Below are positions 41,593-55,700 of a stretch of DNA of 64,000 nt, in pieces. Numbering within the stretch: the first letter of the stretch is position 1; every line of letters starts with the position of its first letter. Under the pieces are notes generated by a model that made no database searches, was not told where the DNA came from, and was given only the letters and a program-made list of their open reading frames with translations. Made by a program: the position numbers and the translations under genes. The stretch is from Camelus dromedarius (Eukaryota): positions 112,842,001 to 112,906,000 of the forward strand of contig NC_087436.1 of the NCBI RefSeq assembly GCF_036321535.1. The letters run 5' to 3'.

Positions 41593-41928
41593 ACCTGTCA
41601 TCAAGTGAATGGCTACCATATGCCAAGCATTGTATGTATATTAGCTTCAATCTCCACAATAACCCATCAAGGTATTATAATCAATATTTCAAAGCAGCGG
41701 AGACTAAGGTTCAGATATGTTCAGGAACTTACCCATAATTTGGTAACTATTAAACAGCAGAGGAGAGATTTGAGCTCCGGTCTGTTTATTTTTGAAGTCT
41801 ATATTATTTCTATAGTACTCTATCTTCTGAAGTTAGCTATATTAAACTTAGCGTATCGTGTCATTGTATTTTGCAAATGATATCATGAGTTCCATGAACT
41901 CTACAACCACCTATCAAGTTTGAGAGGT

Positions 41929-42042
41929 TTTTTTGGGGGGGGTAATTAGGTTTATTTATTTATTTAATGGAGGTACTGGCGATTGAACCCCAGACCTCAT
42001 GCATGCTAGGCATACCCTCACCACAGAGCTATACCCACCCCC
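41929..42042 (-). mobile_element. tRNA-derived SINE (Vic-1-like)
   Basis: Reverse complement of the same consensus; flanking tcaagtttga duplicated. Confidence 0.85.
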
Positions 42043-44310
42043 TCAAGTTTGAAAAATAGTTTTAATCATGGATGCATAGTTAGTAACTGGAATAGTATTT
42101 CTTAAACTTTAGTTATAATAAAAGAATCACATGTAGAGTCCGAGACCTTGCCCCAAATGTACTGAATCGAATTTCCAAAGTGAGTCTCAGAAATAAAACC
42201 TTTTAAAGGACTTGTTAAGATTCTAATCAGTTTCCAGAAAGACACATTTTGAGGAACACTGTAAGGGATGGTCAAGTTCAGGTACCCCTGGCATCTGAGC
42301 TCTCAGGCTGAAGTCTTATTGTACTTGCATTGTCAGTACCATGCAGTTTATTGGCTCTTAATTATTATTTCAGATCTTCTGTCGTTAATCTAGGTGAACG
42401 CTTGCCAGCACGTAGCAAAGAACCTTGAAGCAGTGTGGGTCTGCATCCTGTTCTGCCCTATATTATTGCAGACTCTCTGCACCCCTTTTCACCAATGAAG
42501 AGTTCAGCAAGGCTATATAGCAGGACTTGTGTTTGACAGAAAGTGAAGTGCGATGCTGTACAAGCCAGAAAGAGCATGGCAGTGCAGTGAAAATGAGAGA
42601 TCTGACTTCAAATCTTACTTGTGCTTCTCTGAGCTTTGGTTCCCTCATCTGTCAACTTGGGTTGACAGAACATACTTCATTATGTTGTCAGATAACGTGG
42701 CACTTGGTATACAGTTAGTCTTTTGATGGCTGATAGCTATCATCAATGCATAATTCACCCTTACATTTGGAGAGGAAGATCATAGAAGTATTATGCTGTA
42801 TGTAAAAAAAAAAAAGAGAGATTTCTCAAGAATGTTTATATTGAGACAGGCAAAATTAAACATGTGTAAATCTGTAATTCTTCATGAATAATAGCATTCC
42901 TTTTATTTTGACCCATCTTAAAGCTGACTCAAGTTGGACATTTACAGTTGGTAAATATTTCACAGCCATCTCTTATGTATTCATTGTTAAACTTGCAGAG
43001 TCATTGTGACTTCTATTTTATTTTATGTGGCTAGACTACCAGCTTAACTGCCAGCTTAACTGCAAAGAAGCTGAGCTAGAATGACCCAGCTAAGCCACTC
43101 TGGAATTGTCGATCCTCAGAAACTGTGAAACAATTGGTGTCATCTTAAGCCAGGAAGTTTTGGGGTAATTTGTTATGCAGCAATAGATAACTAATACCAT
43201 GAGACAGAGAAAAAAAATCTTTATCTTGTTTCAGCCACTGTCGTTTTGTGTTTTCTGTCATTTAACAGCCAAGTCTAACTCTGAGTCTTCCTTTCTTCAG
43301 TTAAATTAATTTGTAGAATTAACCTAAAGAAACATCTTTCAAGGTGCTATATCTAGGGTCTCAGAAACTGAGAACTGGAGGAGAGCAAAGAGAGCGCCTT
43401 GTCCAACCTCTTCACTTTATAGGTAAAGGTAGCAGCTAATATTTAGTGTTTCCTCTGCCAGGCTCTCTACGAAGTTCTGTACAGCATGTAATTCTCAGGC
43501 TATCCTGGGAGGGAGAGACTCACTATCCTATACGATAGATGAGGAAACTGGGTCCACACTCCTACCCACTTTGACTTACTATCTCTCTGCTGTTAGGGAG
43601 TACTTTTCAAACAGTTCAATTACAAGCATATGCCAATGTTTCATTACAATCTTGCACCTAAGGGGAAAAATCTATAGTAATTCAAAGAATCATTCTGGTA
43701 GGGGCATTTTAGGAAAAATGAGTGGAAAGAATCACAGTAAGACTAGTTAAACAAAGAAAATAATGATTGGCTGAAGGTCAGTTAACTCTTGAACTGGGTT
43801 GTTGCTGACTGATTTCCCATAACAGAGAAGCACTTACCTGGGAGAGTCCTTTCTATGTGTGTCATAGACTAATTAATATGTATTATTTATCACCCCTTAA
43901 CACTCACTTCTGCACAGATGAGAAAACTGAAGTCTCAGAAAGGGCAAGTAACTTGCCCAAGGTCCCCCACATTGGTAGATAGCGGCAGAGATGGAATTAG
44001 AACTCAGGTCAATGTTTTATATATTAACCAAGTTGTTCCCCACAAACCCAGTTTTAGTCAATTAGTGGGACAATTAATTTTGACTAATTAGTCAATTAAT
44101 GGGAATCAGAAGTTTAAATGACAGTCTTGTTTCTTTCTGCCTACATATCTCTTAGCATTTAAAAAATTCCTGGGAGTTGCCTTATGTACCTGGGGATACT
44201 TTTTTGTACTGTGTATCCATGGGTTTATGAGTTTTTTTTTTTTTTTAATGTCAGGAGTAGGAAGAAAACACAGCTGATACTTCCCTAAATACTTTTTCCC
44301 CTCTCCGTAG

Positions 44311-44576
44311 GCACAGATTAAGCAATCACTTGCCAGATTTCATCATTATGATGAATGTAAACTCGACAGTTTACAGGAAGCTTATCGTTCCTTCCCATTC
44401 CAGAAACCGTGTGATACTTTCCCTCGCTACTTGTTGCAAACAGCTTAGTCAAGTTGTCCGTGATTGTAGTCACCATCTTTCCTTCAGGCCATATATACTG
44501 CACATCCTGCAAGTCAGCTCATAATAGAGCCTTTGATTGGAGTTGGTGTTGACTTGGCAATATTTACTAAGAACAG
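44311..44576 (+). other. Candidate internal or alternative non-coding exon upstream of FBXL5
   Basis: Strong acceptor actttttcccctctccgtAG (to 44310) and consensus donor CAG|GTAAGT; 266 nt; not recognisable as a repeat. Confidence 0.4.
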
Positions 44577-44654
44577 GTAAGTGATGCACAGGTATGTTTA
44601 GGAAATGGAAGGCTCTTACCTGTCTGAAATGTTTGCAAAGAAACATTGTGGGTT

Positions 44655-45411
44655 TGTCACCAGTTGTGGGTTCTGGCCGGCATAAGTCCCACCGAGATGG
44701 AATGAATTACTCGAGATTCTGTGGAAAAAGTCAAGAGAGCGAGAGGGAGTTGGGAGCCAACTTCACGAACCTCTCAAATGCTCCCACATTTACTGTGTAC
44801 AATCAAAGGAGAAATTACTAACAGTTGTGTGATGGAATGCAAGAATTTAGGGAAAGACAGGGTAGGATCGAGATTGTAGAGTCTGGCTCAAGGTCAGAAG
44901 ACCCTTTATGTTTTGGTAAATCATGTTCGTGTTGGCACCAGTGAGTCTTACAGTTTATCAGGGCGGAATGTATGAGAAGCAGCTGCTTAACAACATTTTT
45001 CTTGGACTCAGGCGGCTGTGCCTGTCTTAGGTTGCCCCCCTCTGGGGATCTTACCCATCATTGGCTAACCAGCCTTCTCACCTCTGAGTTTGCAGCTTTT
45101 TATAACTTGTTTACCATTCCAGCCCAAGACTCCTTTGGGGGCCTACAGTTTATCCCTAGGGAAGTCATGAGAAGAAGGGAACAAGATACATTCTTAGAGC
45201 TATGTTAAAGCAGACCACCAGACCAGCCACTTCCTTGTTTTGGGGATAGAAGACTATCTAACAGCAGGCACGCCCAGCGTTTATAGCCGAGGGCCTGGGT
45301 TGTTGCTTTGTAACAAGCAGAGTGCTATCTAAAACCTCAACTATGCAAGCAAGGCAGTTACTAAGCACATTTGCTCTTCTTTAAGGAGACAAGCGGCTGG
45401 GGTCTGTTACA
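44655..45411 (-). mobile_element. ERV solo LTR
   Basis: tgtcacc...gtctgttaca termini with LTR-like composition; TSD not clean. Confidence 0.55.
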
Positions 45412-47857
45412 ATTTGTTAACCCAATCATGGGCTCCCACAAAACATGGACCACTACGCACATCATAGCTCCATATTTCTAATGGCGCAAACTGTGGTCTT
45501 AGCATTATCTAAACTACTTCTTTTCAAAAGGTAATCTAGGGGACTGAACTCCTCTCTATTTGGACACTTACGTAGTTTGTGGTATAGCCTACACTCTTCT
45601 TTGTCACCTCTGGCTCCTTTTCAGAGGTTAATAACACATATTATGCATTTAGTTTGCTGAGATAAACTGATGACAGAGAACCGTCTTTTAATGTAAGGTT
45701 AAGTACATGTTCTAGGATGAGGAAGACAGATTTATATCCCTGATTTTCCACTGACTAGCTTTGTGATCTTGGGCAAGTCAATAATTCTAAACATTATTTT
45801 TCTTTTCCCATCAGGTAGGAAGAATAGTAAAACCTCCCACATGTAGCTATTGTGAGGATTACATATAACTCATGTCAAGCATTTACAGTGCCTGGTAAGA
45901 CATCAACACATCTTAATTATTGTTTTCTTCTGTCTACTTCTACCTGTATCTTTTTCCTTTCCTTTAATCCTTCCCAGACTGTGCTGTTCCTTGTCTTTTT
46001 ATTTCTGTCATATCTGTCCCTTTTTCTTTTATGCCTCTTTCTCTTATTAGCTCTTCTGTTATCCTACCCACAAGTCCAAGCATTTCTTTATCTTATGCAT
46101 GAGGCATCAATGAGTCACCACCTCTAGGGGAGAGAGCTCCACACCTTGAAAAAAAAGGGCACAGTAAGTAGTACCTGTGTTCCAACCTGATGCCTTAATC
46201 TTTAAGTCAGGAATGTGCTCCAAAAATGCAAACTTGAAGTTCTGGGAACAGACACTGAGATTCACTGTGAGCACAAAGAGCCACCGAACAGGAGAATACC
46301 CCATGTGGCAGAACCCCTCCCAACTTCCTAGCAACTATTTGGACTTTAAAAAGATCTGGCCGCACTGTTGGCTGGCTAGAGAGGCCTCGCCGAGGTGAAG
46401 AGGTTCCTGTGTGTGTGTCCTGCAGGAAGTGCCATAGGGGCTTGGTGGTGTAAGGAATGAAACCCAGTGAGAACTCACTGGAGGCTTCCTAGGGACAAGC
46501 TGGGAAAGCCCCATGTCAGAAGGATGGGACCACGTGGCAGGAGATGAGGGCAAAGGTCTCTAGGTACAGGTACAGGAAGCACCTAGGACTCTCATTATGT
46601 AACTGTGCAGTCGGGTGGGGCTTCTGAGAGACTGGACATAGCTCTGGAATTACGGCTGTAATAGCGGCTGCTGTTGATTAAACTGAAATCTTAAAAAAAA
46701 AAAAAAAAAGCCTAACTTTATTTTTCAAATACAAAATTTAGGAAAAAATTTTGTTAAAATTTAAAGAAAAAAGTAGCTTCCCTTTCCCCCAAAGCAGCCA
46801 CAGTCCCACCACCAAAAGACAGCCACCATCAATATTTTGATATATTTACTTTTAGCCCCTTTTAAATGTAGCTATAAAATATAGTTGCCATCAGATTGTT
46901 TGTAATATATTCATTTTCGTACTCTGACATTAAAAGTAAAATATGCTCATTCAAAACACTGGAAAGAATAGAAAAATATAAAGGAGGGAGGAATCACTAT
47001 AATTTTTGTCACTAAGAGGAGACTTACTAAGACTTTGTGTCATTTATCTCCAACCCTTTTTGTGCATTTTTATAAATTTGGTGTGGATTATACTGTACTG
47101 CAATTTTGGTCCCATTTTTTTTTTTTTGGTTAACTTTATATCATACCCATTTCCCCAAGGGCATTCAGAACACTGTCCCTACCCTTAAAGATGCTTCTGG
47201 TCCCACTGGAAAAATGGATGTGGACCCAAGAGCAGTGGAGCAGTGCAGCAGAGAGCACAGAGGCAGAGCAGATGCACAAGGCAGAATACAGTTTTGGAAT
47301 AAACATAAAATGGCTCTACTTGCAATTAACACTCTTGCTACTGATTATATACAGTCATTTTAGCATTTTTAAAGTCTTAAAAGTTATTGCCTAAATTCTT
47401 TTAAAATGCATTATCATTAACAAATTTTTATAACTGTAAGAGCAATAGGTGAACATAGTAAAATACTAGAACTGTGCCAAAAGATATGTATTTAAGAGGC
47501 ATTTAACTGTTTCCCATCCTAGAACCCCTGGTCACTAATTTCTGCTGTGTTATTCTAGAAACATACACTATATCTTTTCTTTCTTTTTTTTTAACACAAA
47601 GGAGAATATATTTAACAAGTGTTCTCTACATTATTTTTTTTAGCTTAGAAAATGTTGGTTTCATTCCATATCAGCAAGCATAGATCTATCTTACATCTTT
47701 AAACAGATGCATATTTGTCCATTGAATGAATGTACTATAATTTATTTGTCTAATATCCAGCAGCCTAGTGAGGGACATCTAGTTGTTTCCAATTAATTTT
47801 GTCCCAGCGTGCAAAATATTTTATTGTATCTTTTGTTACAAGCTTTTCTTTCCATAG

Positions 47858-48243
47858 TGTTATGGCCTGAATTGTGTTCTGTTCAAATTCATACGTTGAA
47901 GGCCTAACCCTTAGTATATGAGAATGTGACTGTATTTGGAGATGGGATCTTTAAAGATGTGATTAAGTTAAATGAGGTGGTTAGGGTGGACCTTAATACA
48001 GTCTTACTGGTGTCCTTATCCCAAAAGGAGATTAGGACATAGACACCAGACACACACAGGCACAGAGAAAAGGCCATGTGAGGACACTGCAAGAAGGTGG
48101 CCATCTGTAAGCCAAGAAGAGAGGCGTTAGAAGAAATCAAATCTGCTGACACCTTGGTGTTGGACTTCCAGAACTGTGAGAAATGAGATCTTGTTCTTTA
48201 CGTCTGTGATATTTTGTTATGACAGCCCCAGCAAACTAACACA
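47858..48243 (+). mobile_element. MLT1-type MaLR solo LTR
   Basis: tgttatggcctgaattgtg...gttatgacagccccagcaaactaacaca; TSD catag/cacag. Confidence 0.82.
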
Positions 48244-49530
48244 CACAGCGACGCTTCTATAATTATATAGTAAAAACCAATGGGGAAGTAGAATTCATTG
48301 TTTAAATTAAAAGAAAGAAAGTAAAAAGTATGGGGCAAAATGCAGGCCTATATATATTTCATTTTCTTAGGTCCATGTGGGTATAAAGTATCCGAAAGGA
48401 AAATGAAAAAAAGAAACGTAGCATCTGGCATCAAATTTCAGTTCAGCGGCTATCTTTTCTTTTAATAAGGCCATCATCCCTGCTAAAAGCTTTACTCCTA
48501 AATCCACCTAGCCTGCCGCCGCACTTGCTGATTGGCTGTTTTGGCTGACGGTAAGGATCAGCTCTGGTACTGAGTCAGGACCGGGACACCAGCTGTTGGG
48601 GATAGCAACATCTTTTCACTGCTTGCTTTCACAGCTAACAATGACAGGGAGAAGAGCTGTCACGTACTCAGCTAAAGAGAGTTAAATATAAATGTCTCGG
48701 AACTGACTTTCCCTGACCAATACCACTTTCCACGGCCCTCAAAACTAGGGTTGGGAGATACCAGTAAAGAGGCCTAGTGTCATCATATATTTAGATCCCC
48801 AGGGAATGATCTGGCATTTTGTTTCTACCCTGCTAGCACGCTGTTTTTCACAGAGAATGAGAGCAGGAAAGAAGGAATTGCCGGCCCACCAGGCACTATG
48901 CAATGTGGATTTTTCACTGTTCTGTTCGTATGCCTTAACCAGTCTCCTTGTTACCCACAGCTAGATGTCTGTCAGAATTCCTTTGCTGTTATACACCAGA
49001 AGAAATCATAAAGGCACGATTAAAATGACAACCTTGGCCTTGGTAACAGCTCCTCACCTGCTGTAGTTGCGGGCACCCATAAAGACGATACTACACCCAT
49101 CAGTGTCGCCTTTCTGGGGCTAAAGTTTAATGTAAATCAATCACTTATTCTGGATAGATCAGGTGATTAATTATTACCTTCCTCAGTATATGGAGCAAAC
49201 GTTAATAGCTTCTTCTGAAGGGAAGAATGACCCCCAGGACTTTTTTTTTTTTTATTACTTTATTCCTATCATTTTGTCATCTCAAATTCCCTGAAATGGC
49301 CAGAGTCCAAAGTGGCTGTTACTACTGTTCAGCTGACCACACAGTTTCAAATTCTTGGTCACAATGAAACTGTGTGTGGATGGAGTTTTTGTTGTTGTTG
49401 TTGTTAAACATCTACTTAAGGGACACTGGTGAACGACATGGACACAAATAGCTATTGGGAAATAAAACATGGTGTATTAAAAGTTAGTTAAAATGAGGAA
49501 ATTACAGAATGCCACGAATGTCCTTAATTC

Positions 49531-49680
49531 CTTCTTTTTTTTTTTTACTTAAAAATTTATTTTGGGGGGAGGTAATTAGGTTTATTTATTTACTTATTTT
49601 CACGGGGGTACTGGGGATTGAACCCAGGACCTCATGCATGCTAAGCATGCATTTTACCACTGAGCTATGCCCTCCCCCCT
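49531..49680 (-). mobile_element. tRNA-derived SINE (Vic-1-like)
   Basis: ggtaattaggtttattt...gattgaacccaggacctcatgcatgctaagcatgc...ccactgagctat. Confidence 0.88.
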
Positions 49681-51289
49681 TATTCCTTCTTTCTTTTTTC
49701 AACAAATACTGAGTGCTAAGTTTAAGTATGATAGGCATTGTTCAACCACTGAGGCTAAAACGATGTGCATGTTCTCTTGGAGCTCATTGCTCTGTATAGC
49801 TGGTTCTGAGGTCTAGATCGCCATTCCAAGACAGCTGGAGTGGCAGATCAGAATGAAGTAAAGAAATAGAGGGGAAACAAGGAAACATCCTCTGGGGGAT
49901 ATTTAAAGTTATAGAGGCAAAGCCACAGTGAAACAGCAGTTTAAAAATAAAGGAAAAAGGGAAAGAGGGTGAGAGAGAAAGACAGATATCAAAATTTTAT
50001 CTCTATTCTAGTACTTAACAGGAATACTATTATTCCTGTTTCTAGGGCAGACTGTGTATAAACCATCATCTGAATCCCACACAACTAACACTGCACCTGG
50101 GAGGGTGTTACCAGACCTAGATTCATATGGCCTGATTACTCACTAATTTGTGGGATGCCAGGCAATTACCAGAATGCCTTTAAGACTTGATTCTCCTACA
50201 GGACGACCTCACAGAGTTATTTAATAATGACAGTTTACAGACAGTACTCACTAGGTGCTAGGTACTATTATAAATAATCCAAATGTATGAACTATCTTAA
50301 TCCTTGTAACAATCCTGTGAGGTAGGTATTGGCCTTCACTCAGACTTAAAACAAAACACCATAGACTAGGTGGCTTATAAACAGCTGAAATGTATTTGTC
50401 ATGGTCGTAGAGGTTAGAAGTCCAAGATCAGAGTGTCAGCATGGTGAGGGCCAGACTGTTGATTTCTCCTTATGTCCTCACATGGGAAAGAGTGGAAGGG
50501 AGGCACATTCTTTTGGGATTCTTATAAAGGCACCAATCCATTATTAGGGTTTTACTTTCATGACCTCATGATCCTAATGATCTCCCAAAGGCCAACCTCC
50601 TAATAACATCACATGGGGGGGGTAAGGTTTCAACATATGAATTTGAGGGGGGACACAAGCACTTAGTTCCTAGAAGTATTAACCCCATTTTATGTATGAG
50701 GAAACTGAGGCACAGAGAAGTCACGAAGCTTGCACGAGGTCATACATGTAGTGTCTGGCAAACCAGGAGTCCAACTTCATCTCCAATCTGTGCTTTTAAA
50801 CGCTGCTCATACAGCTGCCAATAAATGGCACATAGTAAGATTAGAAATATACCAGTGCGTTCTTCTTACCTCCTACTCCATCATTGAAAATTTATTGAAC
50901 CTCTATGTTTTCATGGAAATGTGATAGATATTAGGGATATAAGGGGTGAACAGAATCTATATGGTTTTTGCTCCTCTGGAGTTTATCGTTATTAAGCAAA
51001 TAATATAACCCTTCCCGGGTTCTCAGTCTTCCCTGTTCTCTCTCATTTCTGTGTGTCCATTAATCCTCCAACCAACCAGTCCAGGCTTGATCCAGATCAT
51101 CAGAGCCCATAACAGTATCTTCCTAGGTGTCTGGAGGCTGGGGCAGGGACCAGATGACCTGTGAGGAAGAGACACACTAACCTTTCTCTTGGCAGTGACC
51201 TTGTTTAAGTCTGCTCGACTTAAAATGGAGGGTTGTGTACCGAGGTTCTTTTCCCGCACTATTTTTCTGTGATTACTCATCCTCCCCAG

Positions 51290-52720
51290 CACCTACGGCC
51301 TTTCTGAGACTCCTGACCCGGCGTCCCTGTGCTGGGGGTACATTTTTCCCGCCTGCCCATCCCCAGGAGCCATCTTCCCCTCCTTGGAGTCTCCAGAATT
51401 CCACGCGGCCCTTCCCCCTCGCCCGCCCGCGAGGAGATGCGTGGTTCCCGCCCAGCCCTCAGCACCAGGCTCCGCGCCCGCCCCGAGCCCGGGGGCCGCC
51501 ATTGTCTGGTCCTGTCACGCGTCCCCGTGTTCCCTGCGCGTTGCAAGCTCTTGGATCGCCCAGTCCTGGTTCCCACAGTCGCCGGGGCGCCTGACCAGCG
51601 GGCGAGGAGGTCGGCGCTCGGGCCCGCGTCCACCTCTGGCACGGAGAATGGCTGGGAGGCGAAAGCGGCTCGGGGGGACCCACGGCGAAGTCGCCCAGGC
51701 GAACAGGGAAGCCCGGCCTGCGGCGGCGCTCAGGCAGCGCTCTCGGCCGCCTCGGCTTCAAGGCCTGGTTGGCGTAGCGGCCGCGAGACACGCTGACAGC
51801 GCCCCTAAAACGACACCCCCTCCCCGCGGATAATGTTTTATGTTGTGAAACATAACAAGGAAGCAAACAGGGAAAAGAACTGGCTTCTTTTTCCGGCGCA
51901 TGAGGAGGACGAGGAACGAGAAAACTGGATGTGGGAGGTGAAAGCGCAAGCCTCTGCCGCGCGCCGGTCACGTGGGCCGTGGGGACCGCATGGCGGCGGC
52001 TCGCGCGCCCCCGCGTCCGGGCTGGTCCGGCAGCCCGGGCGCGCGCGCCGACGGGGCGGGCGCATGCGCAGGGGGGCGCGCCGCCTCTGCCCCGCGGCGA
52101 GGGTGTCTATGGAGAGGCGGCGGCCGCTGCTGCTGAGGCGGAGGCAGTGGCGATGGCGCCGTTCCCCGAAGAAGTGGATGTCTTCACCGCCCCACACTGG
52201 CGGATGAAGCAGCTGGTGGGGCTCTACTGCGACAAGGTAACGGTGTGCGGGGCCTCTGGCTCCGGACAGCGGGGAGGAGCGAGCCGGGTCCCTGGGCGGC
52301 AGGGCCTGCGCCGCGCCCGCAGCCCCCGGGGGCCGCGCCGCGCGAATTGCTGCCTGCGCAGCTGTCAGCGCCGCGCTCGCTCCTCCGCACCTTCCCCGGG
52401 AGCCCGCGTCCCCGCCGGGCGGGCGGCTTTGGACGTGCCCTCGGGGCTCGCGGCGCGGCCCCTTCCCGGTGGCGTCCTACTGGCCAAGGGCCTGGCAGCC
52501 CGCCGCCCTCGGGCGGGCTCCCCGCGGCCCCGCCCGGCCTCCCGCCCCAGGCCTCCCCACGCCTCTGCCCCCAGAGGAGGGGGGCTCCTCCACACCCCAC
52601 CGGCCTTCGGGGACCCCGGGCCGGTCACCTCGGTGGCTTCCTTTCCGCTTGGGGCAGGTCGTTTCTACAGTTGCCCCCGCCTCCTGCATCAGCACTGCCC
52701 CCGCCCTCCCCCTGGCCTGT
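51290..52720 (+). promoter_or_regulatory. FBXL5: FBXL5 CpG-island promoter
   Basis: CpG-dense; E-box CACGTG at 51969-51974, GC box, NRF1 GCGCATGCGCA at 52060-52070. Confidence 0.88.
52153..52236 (+). CDS. FBXL5: FBXL5 coding exon 1
   Basis: [33 protein letters not shown]; 84 nt; includes the hemerythrin ligand H15. Confidence 0.97.
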
Positions 52721-55700
52721 TTTGGGGCTCCCCGAGTCTGTACTCACACCCATCCATCCTTCTAAACCTCTGGCTTGCTGCCTGGCCCAACAGGCAGCTT
52801 CTCCTAACTGCTCTCTGCCTATTTTACGCCCCAGCTTTTTCACTGGTTTGATTTGGGAAAAAAACTCAGGTCTCTTGAGAACCCTCACTCTTCATTTGCG
52901 ATTATCTTTTCTTTGCAAATTGTATTGTCTGGAGCCTTTACTCGATGTAGATTTTGTTACAAGGCAGCTCTTCTCTGTTGGAATTCTTTACTGGACTCCA
53001 ATGAAAGGGTCCTCCGAAAAAGTTGGTTTAACTGCGAGAACCTTTTTGCACCCTTAATTGGCGCAGCATAAGCTGAAAAAGCACTTTTGTGGAGATAGTT
53101 TAGGGCCTTAGTGTAGGGCCTTTTTGCTAATGATTTAAAAACATTTCTGTCAAAAATTTATGTTGGGGGAAGTCCATATACGGATATCCTGAGAACTTTG
53201 GGCAATTCTGTTTCATTTAGAAGTGAACCAAGCGAAAAACAAAGTACTCTTTATTAAGCATAGAAATCAACTTTGGTGAACTTTCAGAAATTACATAGCA
53301 TTAAGGAGAATCACTGTTGAGAGAAAAGAGATGTACTTGCAGCCCAGTGAGGTCTGGGTTGGAGGATGCCCAAAGTCTTCAGTGCTAGGCCACACTTAAC
53401 AAGCACCCACAACCGTCTTTTCCCTGTCTCCATTTTGAAGATTAAAAACACCCGGTTCAGATATAGGTTTAAATACCAGGGCAGTCTAGGACAGTGGTTC
53501 TCAACTTTGCTCATGAGAGTCATCCGAAAGCTGTTAAAATCAGGGCCTCTGAGGGAGGGACCCAGGCATCCAGTGTAATTTAAAGCTCCCCAGGTTAGTC
53601 CAGTGTGCGGCCAAAAGGGAGAAACAACAAATGGGTAAGCCGTGTAACTCTGGATTTTTGACTTCACTTACTATATAGCATTTTCATCTGTTCTGGCTTT
53701 TGGACTTAGTTATTCTGATAATATGTTTTAATTGCAGGAGAAAAATTGCAGGAAAAAAATGGGAAGGTGTTTTACTTTCTCAAATTGAGAAGGGAAAGTT
53801 AAAGAGGAGTAATAGAATCCGAGGTCCTTTCTTCAGTTCAGAGAGGTAGTCCAAGGATCACCCAAAATTGTTAGGAAAATTTTGGTGCCTGTGTACGTTT
53901 TTCTAGGGGGTCTGTGACTTTCAGTAGATTTCCAAACGATTGTGACTTGATTCTCCCAAAATAGTTAAGAATCATAACTTGACTTAGTTACACGCTAGCC
54001 TGACCAGCCCTATTTAAAAAATTTGAAGAAGTCAGGTACTAATTGTGTGTGCCATTACCTGGTGATTGAAAATGTTAGATCATATTTTGAAAATACAGTG
54101 CCATTTTTAAAAACAACATCTGAGTCAAATAAGTTTCTTTTCAGGAGTTAAATGTCTGCTCTTGAAATAACTAAGAAAGCATTTTCAGTTTGCCATAACC
54201 TAAGCTAAAATTATCACATAATTTCAATTAATTAGATGTAGTAAATGAGATTGTTGTGTATGTTTATCAAGATTAAAAGTCCAGTTTTCTGAACTGTGAA
54301 TCAGAGGCCAAGGTGAGTTAGGGAAAAAAAAACTGCATAGGAATTCTATATCCAGATTTCTTCCTGATACTAATAGTTGGTGGAAATCTCTCCTGGGACA
54401 GCCTTTGGGAGATAGTGGGGAAAAAACGTATTTCATGATGGCTGAATTGTCTTAAAGGACTATTTGTTTTTATTCATTGGTCATCTTAGTTTTTGCCTTT
54501 GTCATCTTTTGGTTGTACAGACAATAGATACTGAACCCAAGCAGCATGTAGTAAAACTTTACAAAATGTGTTATTTCACTATGTTCTAAATGTTGACTCT
54601 GAATGCCCAGTTATTATAAAGATGTCAGTTTTATTTCCAGTATTGACTTTTTCAAGTACAATATATTTTAGAAACATCCATTTATTAGCATCAATTCAGT
54701 TATTTACGTGCTTCGTGCTACGATTAGTTTACTAAGAATAATTTATTCTGAAGTTGTAGGCCATTTTAAATATGCTATATAATACCTAATTTAATAGTTT
54801 GCTCATGGATTCCCCCTTACATTTATAAAACGTTTTATGGAAAGAGTTTTCAGACAACAGTCCTTTGAGGTAGGTAAAGGCAGGGGTATTTCTGCTTTAT
54901 AGCTGGGTATTTGTAGGCCTTGGTTAGCTAGACCAAGTTGACATAAGCAGTGCTGGACCCGGATGGCACCCCACGTCAGGATCATGATTCCTAGCTTAAT
55001 TTTCTTTGTATGAAACCAGAGTAGTTTCTGACAGAATTTTTCTTGTTGACAATCTGTTGTTCACTGACCTTCCAACTTGGGATGGTTTTTAGGGAATATT
55101 TACATTGGATGACATCCTTTTTCCAGCTTATTTCAATTCCTCAGTTTTTCCTCAAATCCTCAAAACTTAACATTCTGCTAGTGAGCGTGGAGTTTCTCCT
55201 GTCAGTTGGCGCTGTAGTAGCTTGTATTGGTGGTGTGAAATGTCGTTCCTATTCTTAAGGAGTTTACAATTTTAACATTTGTGCTAGGATGGAAATCTAA
55301 ATGCCGTATGGTGGGAGCGAAGGGAAGTATGTGGTCAGATCTACGTTAAAGCGTCAGAAGTAGTCTTAACAGTGTGTTTGAACTCATTTCTCGAAACAAA
55401 GTAGGTGGTGGTTTTAAGGATGTGCTTAGTACAGAGATTCCCAGACTTATACATAAACCACTTATACAGAGTTCAAGGGCTGGAGGCTTTATCGAGTGCC
55501 CAAGTTTTTCAGGTAAGAATATTAACAGTGCCACCTGCTTTACCATTTTATAAAAATAGAACATTTATGACCAAAACCCTAGAGAGGAAATAGGCTGAGA
55601 ATAATTTGAATAGATTATTTTCAAAAAATTGAATGAATATAGGTTTATGAAGAATTCATTTAGTTTTCCTGTTTCTTTGCATACCTGTAAAAACTGTTAT

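Noticed and set aside
51235..53057. Many long ORFs (up to 306 aa) on both strands around FBXL5 exon 1, including an in-frame GTG extension from 51931
   Set aside because: Stop-codon depletion is expected in a GC-rich island. Only the 28-codon FBXL5 exon matches a known protein, and nothing here supports the extension.
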